NCBI GenBank assembly: GCA_907165135.1
Contig: OU015567.1
Coordinates: 496,001-560,000, forward strand
Origin: Oikopleura dioica
Taxonomy: Eukaryota > Animalia > Chordata
Length of the DNA stretch: 64,000 nucleotides
Direction of reading: 5' to 3'
Within the stretch, counting starts at the first letter, position 1; every line of letters begins with the position of its first letter. Position numbers and translations under genes: made by a program. Under the pieces are notes generated by a model. It saw only the letters and a list, made by a program, of their open reading frames with translations, had not been told where the DNA came from and ran no database searches. Positions 60,374 through 64,000 of the stretch are shown here, piece after piece.

Positions 60374-61140
60374 TCAATTCTTCTTCTTTTTCGACGGACC
60401 CTTGAGTTTAATGCAGTCTGGGCAGTACCAATCTCCTTTTGGCTCTTTCTTGATTCCCACGCATTGAAAATGAAACCATTCGATGAGGCACTAAAACCTA
60501 TGTTAAGCTTGTTTATTTGGAATTTTTACCGTAGGATTGTCGCAAGCAATCATATCTCCTGAAGAAACTTGGTCGCAGTAGCAATATGTCGGCTCGTTTG
60601 GATCGATTGGCATGTCGTCCACATTTTGATTAGGAGATGTGGCTTAATTTTATGAATCATGATGATTTTCTATGAAAATGATAAGCTTACGATTTGACAA
60701 GGTGCCCCGATCTTTGCCAAGAAAGTTTTCGAACATCCAGACATTCTCGTCCAATCGAGAAATTTCTTCATCAAGCTTGAAAGATTCATTATAAAATATT
60801 TTTCATTGAGAAATTCACCTTTTTTGAAAGACCCTGCGCCAAAATAATCTTTTCATTTTGAATTTTCTCCGCTGTCTTCCAGACATCATCAATGTCATTT
60901 CTCATTTTTCGCCTTTCTTTCTTCGATAAATTTTCTTTCGATTTTGTTGAGAAGTCCTCATAATAGATTGAAAAACTAATGACCGTAAAAAACTACCTCA
61001 AACATTTCTCCAGCGAGTTTTTTCTGAAGCTCGACTTCCGTGTCCAAGATCTTTATGTCCTCAAGGACGGAGTTCAACTCGGACGGGAAAAAATTTAGGG
61101 ATTGAAATAGCTCGTCGATGTACAATTCCGATGCTGCCAT
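60374..61140 (-). CDS. ING-family PHD-finger protein
   Basis: N-terminal [28 protein letters not shown]; [42 protein letters not shown]. Confidence 0.9.
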
Positions 61141-61905
61141 TCTGAAATTCAAGAGTTCAAAATACGATTCATCAAAACAGCCGTTGTTGTTGGTCGATTG
61201 TTCAAGTAAAATCTGGGAAATAAGTCCAAGGTGATGCGAAATTTTAAAACATCAGATCAGCCTCCGATCTTAGTTCCTACATTTCTCTCGAGTCTAAATT
61301 CCTCAGGGGTCTGCTCTTGTCTAAATTTGATGCAGTTATTGCTGGGAAAATTGAGGCTGCCGGTCATCTAGAGAAAAAGGGGAAATAAGGGCACAGTTAA
61401 CTTTTTTGTCTAGAAGATATCGGCTCAAATTATCGACTTTGAAAAGCTGTCCTCTTTTTCATGAGCGTCAGATCGAGAGAGAGTTTGTCATTTGCGTCTG
61501 CTCAGGATATTCAACAGTAGAGACAGGCTTTTCAATTAGGGAAGGTAGAGATCTTTCAGATCCTTCCTAAGGTTTTCTGTGCAGATTGCCGAGCGCAGGG
61601 TGCTGGAATTTCAATTATCCTATTTTTACTATTTTCAGAATGTCCATTGATGATGTAGATAATGATTAAAGGAGAATATTTTCCGAAAAATCTCCAAAAA
61701 GCAAGTGTTTGCATGGCATTTTCGAAAGCGATCGCCTTAACACTTGTTTAATCTATCACAATGAAGATCTCCTTAGCAACCGGGCAGCCAATGTTTTCGA
61801 TCTTTATCCTTTTCTTCTCGCGGCCTGAGCGTAAACAAGACAGACCTTCTGACAGATTTCCTGTTTTGAAAACATAGAAGAAAACATACTTAATTCGATC
61901 GAGAA

Positions 61906-62950
61906 ATGCAGATCAATGAGGATTTTCGGTAAGTTTTTTCGAGAAAAGAATTTTTAGAGAATTTTTAATAAGAAAATCAATTTCAAAAATTAAATTTTGA
62001 CAAAAAATAAATTGAAAATTGAACAAAAATATTCAGAATCGGGACATTCAGAGGATCCATGCGAGAAAATCACCTGATCCAGCGCCCGAAACTCGGGCGT
62101 TGCCTGGAGCGGGGTTATACTCTCCCTCCAGGCGCCACGTTTGGCCATAAAAATGTCAAATCTGACGGTGGTACTGCAGGTGCGCTTCAGTACTCTCCGC
62201 TCAATGCAAGAATAAAGTCAGCTTCGCCGGAAATGATGCAGAAGGACTTTGTCAGGCTAAATCGAGCAGCGCTCAAGGCTGGCTGCATTTCTGCTTCTGG
62301 ACAAAAACAGGTTTGTTTTCAAATGAAAGAAGCATTTCTTAAAATTTCGATTTTCAGTTTCGAGCATTGAATGATTACCGACTTACTCCTCCATCACGTG
62401 ATGTCAAACCTCGAATTTCAGTTCCAGAAGATATGACATTCGGCAAACCGGTAACCTCCCTCCCTACTCCCCCCCCATCTTACTTAAATTCTAGTCACGA
62501 CCAAAATCGCCAATCTACGAAGTCATCGAGCACAAATTCCAGAAAAACTGGCTGATTGAAAGAAAACTTCAAGATCAACGTCTCGCTCAGGTTTTTGATC
62601 TCATTATAATTATATTTTTTAAAATTTCCAATAGCAAAAAGAAGAAGAATTAAACATCCAGCGGAAGAAACTTCAGGGCACCCTCACTTCTGCTCTCAGA
62701 TCTACCCGATCAAAGGTTAAATTTTGACACCACTGAACAGCGATAACAATGTTTAAGAACCCAGATGATAAAGTAGATGGCCCGCAGTGGACAATGAAGC
62801 GATTCAAATCCGCCGGGCCAAAGATAAATGCAAGTTTCTTTCGAAATTCTAGTTGATTATTCAATTCTAGAGCTTCCGAAGCAAGTCGGCAAAGGAAAGA
62901 TCGGTTCATTTTTACGAAGACAGCAAGCATACTCAGCTGGGAAATCATAA
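61906..62950 (+). CDS. CFAP77: Cilia- and flagella-associated protein 77-like
   Basis: IGTFRGSMRENHLI..LGR..RGYTLP..DGG..DFVRLNRAALKAG..NDYRL..MTFG..RP, matching CFAP77 as I recall it. Confidence 0.75.
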
Positions 62951-63096
62951 TCGAGGAATAATTGTGCCAGCGAAATCTTGATTTTTCAATAAACTTGATC
63001 ATAAAAAAAACAATATGTATTTATTTTCTTGAAAAGAACATGTTTATTGAGTTAAAAAAAGACAGGATGTATTCTTCTCTTTTGAATTGATTTTCT

Positions 63097-63857
63097 TCAA
63101 TTGCTTCCGACGTAGTTTCCATCAAGTGGTCCACGGCTGTCGACATTCTTGGCCTCCTGACCTATGTAGTTTCCTGGAGGATTGTATCGGCCAACAGTCC
63201 AAGTTCCGAGGGAGTTGACTGCCTTCGCGTAGCAAGCGCTAGTGGTCGATTGCCAGACATTCTGGGTGAAGTGGCCGTAGACCTTGTCTTTCTTGCAAGT
63301 CGCGCTGGAGAAGTTCCAGTTGACATCTTCACTTTGGAACATGGTGACAGCAGAGCTCATGGTGCTTCCGCCCCAGGAGGACCAAGCGATGTTTTCGCCT
63401 TCTCCTGGTCGCTCAGAGCTTGCTAGATTACTTTTAGTCTTGAATCTCTGACTTGTTTTCCTTACGCGAATGCTCCAAAATAGGCTTTCCTTGAGCAAGA
63501 GACTTGTCGGCCAAATGCTGGGCCCACTTTTGAGCGCCTTCGCAGGTGGTCTTTGATGGAACAACGAAGTTGTTAGCTGCGTGGTTTTGTCGGTACTTGT
63601 TGTTTAGAACCAAAGCATCGCAGGCTTCGACAGCGTTGCGGTGGTAAGCGCTGAGGCTGTTGACGCAGTCGTCTTTGAAAGCACGTCCCTCTGGAGCCGC
63701 GAGAACTTCGGTCTTATGATTGGTTATTAAAATCGAGAAAACCATGACCTACCATGAATTCTTCATCGATGATCGAATCGTTGACGATGACACCTTGTCC
63801 GAGTCGTTCAGGAAGAATGCTTGCGGTCGCAATAGTGGCGAGGCAGAACACTTTCAT
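63097..63857 (-). CDS. Secreted CAP/SCP (PR-1/GAPR-1-like) protein
   Basis: Signal MKVFCLATIATA; NKYRQNH, AQKWAQHL, GENIAW, GHFTQNVW, VGRYNPPGNY. Confidence 0.9.
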
Positions 63858-64000
63858 CTTTGTCTTCAACTTTTCTGTTTTCAGAATGAAGTGGCTTCAG
63901 AAGAGAACAGTGGGAATCAACACAGCATCTGCTCATTTCTCAATGTCTTCTAAGTAAAATTAAGATAAATTTTATTCTCATGAGAAGAAAATTATGAATA

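Overview
Compact, AT-rich eukaryotic DNA with introns of about 40-60 nt, frequent GA-AG introns and dense gene packing. It is most consistent with a larvacean tunicate (Oikopleura dioica-like), which is an inference. I count about 20 spliced genes: RPLP0, an SLC3A1/rBAT-like GH13 protein, Rab32/38, a MYPT/PPP1R16-like ankyrin protein, ING, CFAP77, a CAP protein, an SCP2-domain protein, a ZP-domain membrane protein with an RS-rich tail, and several secreted Cys-rich or mucin proteins. The window also holds many nested DNA transposons (hAT-like with 8-bp TSD, TTAA/GG..CC Kolobok-like, Mutator-like), a Penelope-like retroelement with hammerhead ribozymes, a ~52-copy 55/56-bp hairpin array, and a scrambled inverted duplication at 30.5-47 kb. 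The main observation is that every non-canonical intron I could reconstruct with confidence (GA-AG, GC-AG, and apparent AA-AG/AT-AG) has a short inverted-repeat stem joining its two ends and a purine-rich acceptor. One recent hAT MITE inserted in an exon recreates this structure exactly, with GA and AG from its TSD and the stem from its TIRs, which suggests a stem-defined splicing class that can absorb transposon insertions. All gene models are manual reconstructions without transcript data, and several single-base homopolymer frameshifts look like assembly errors.
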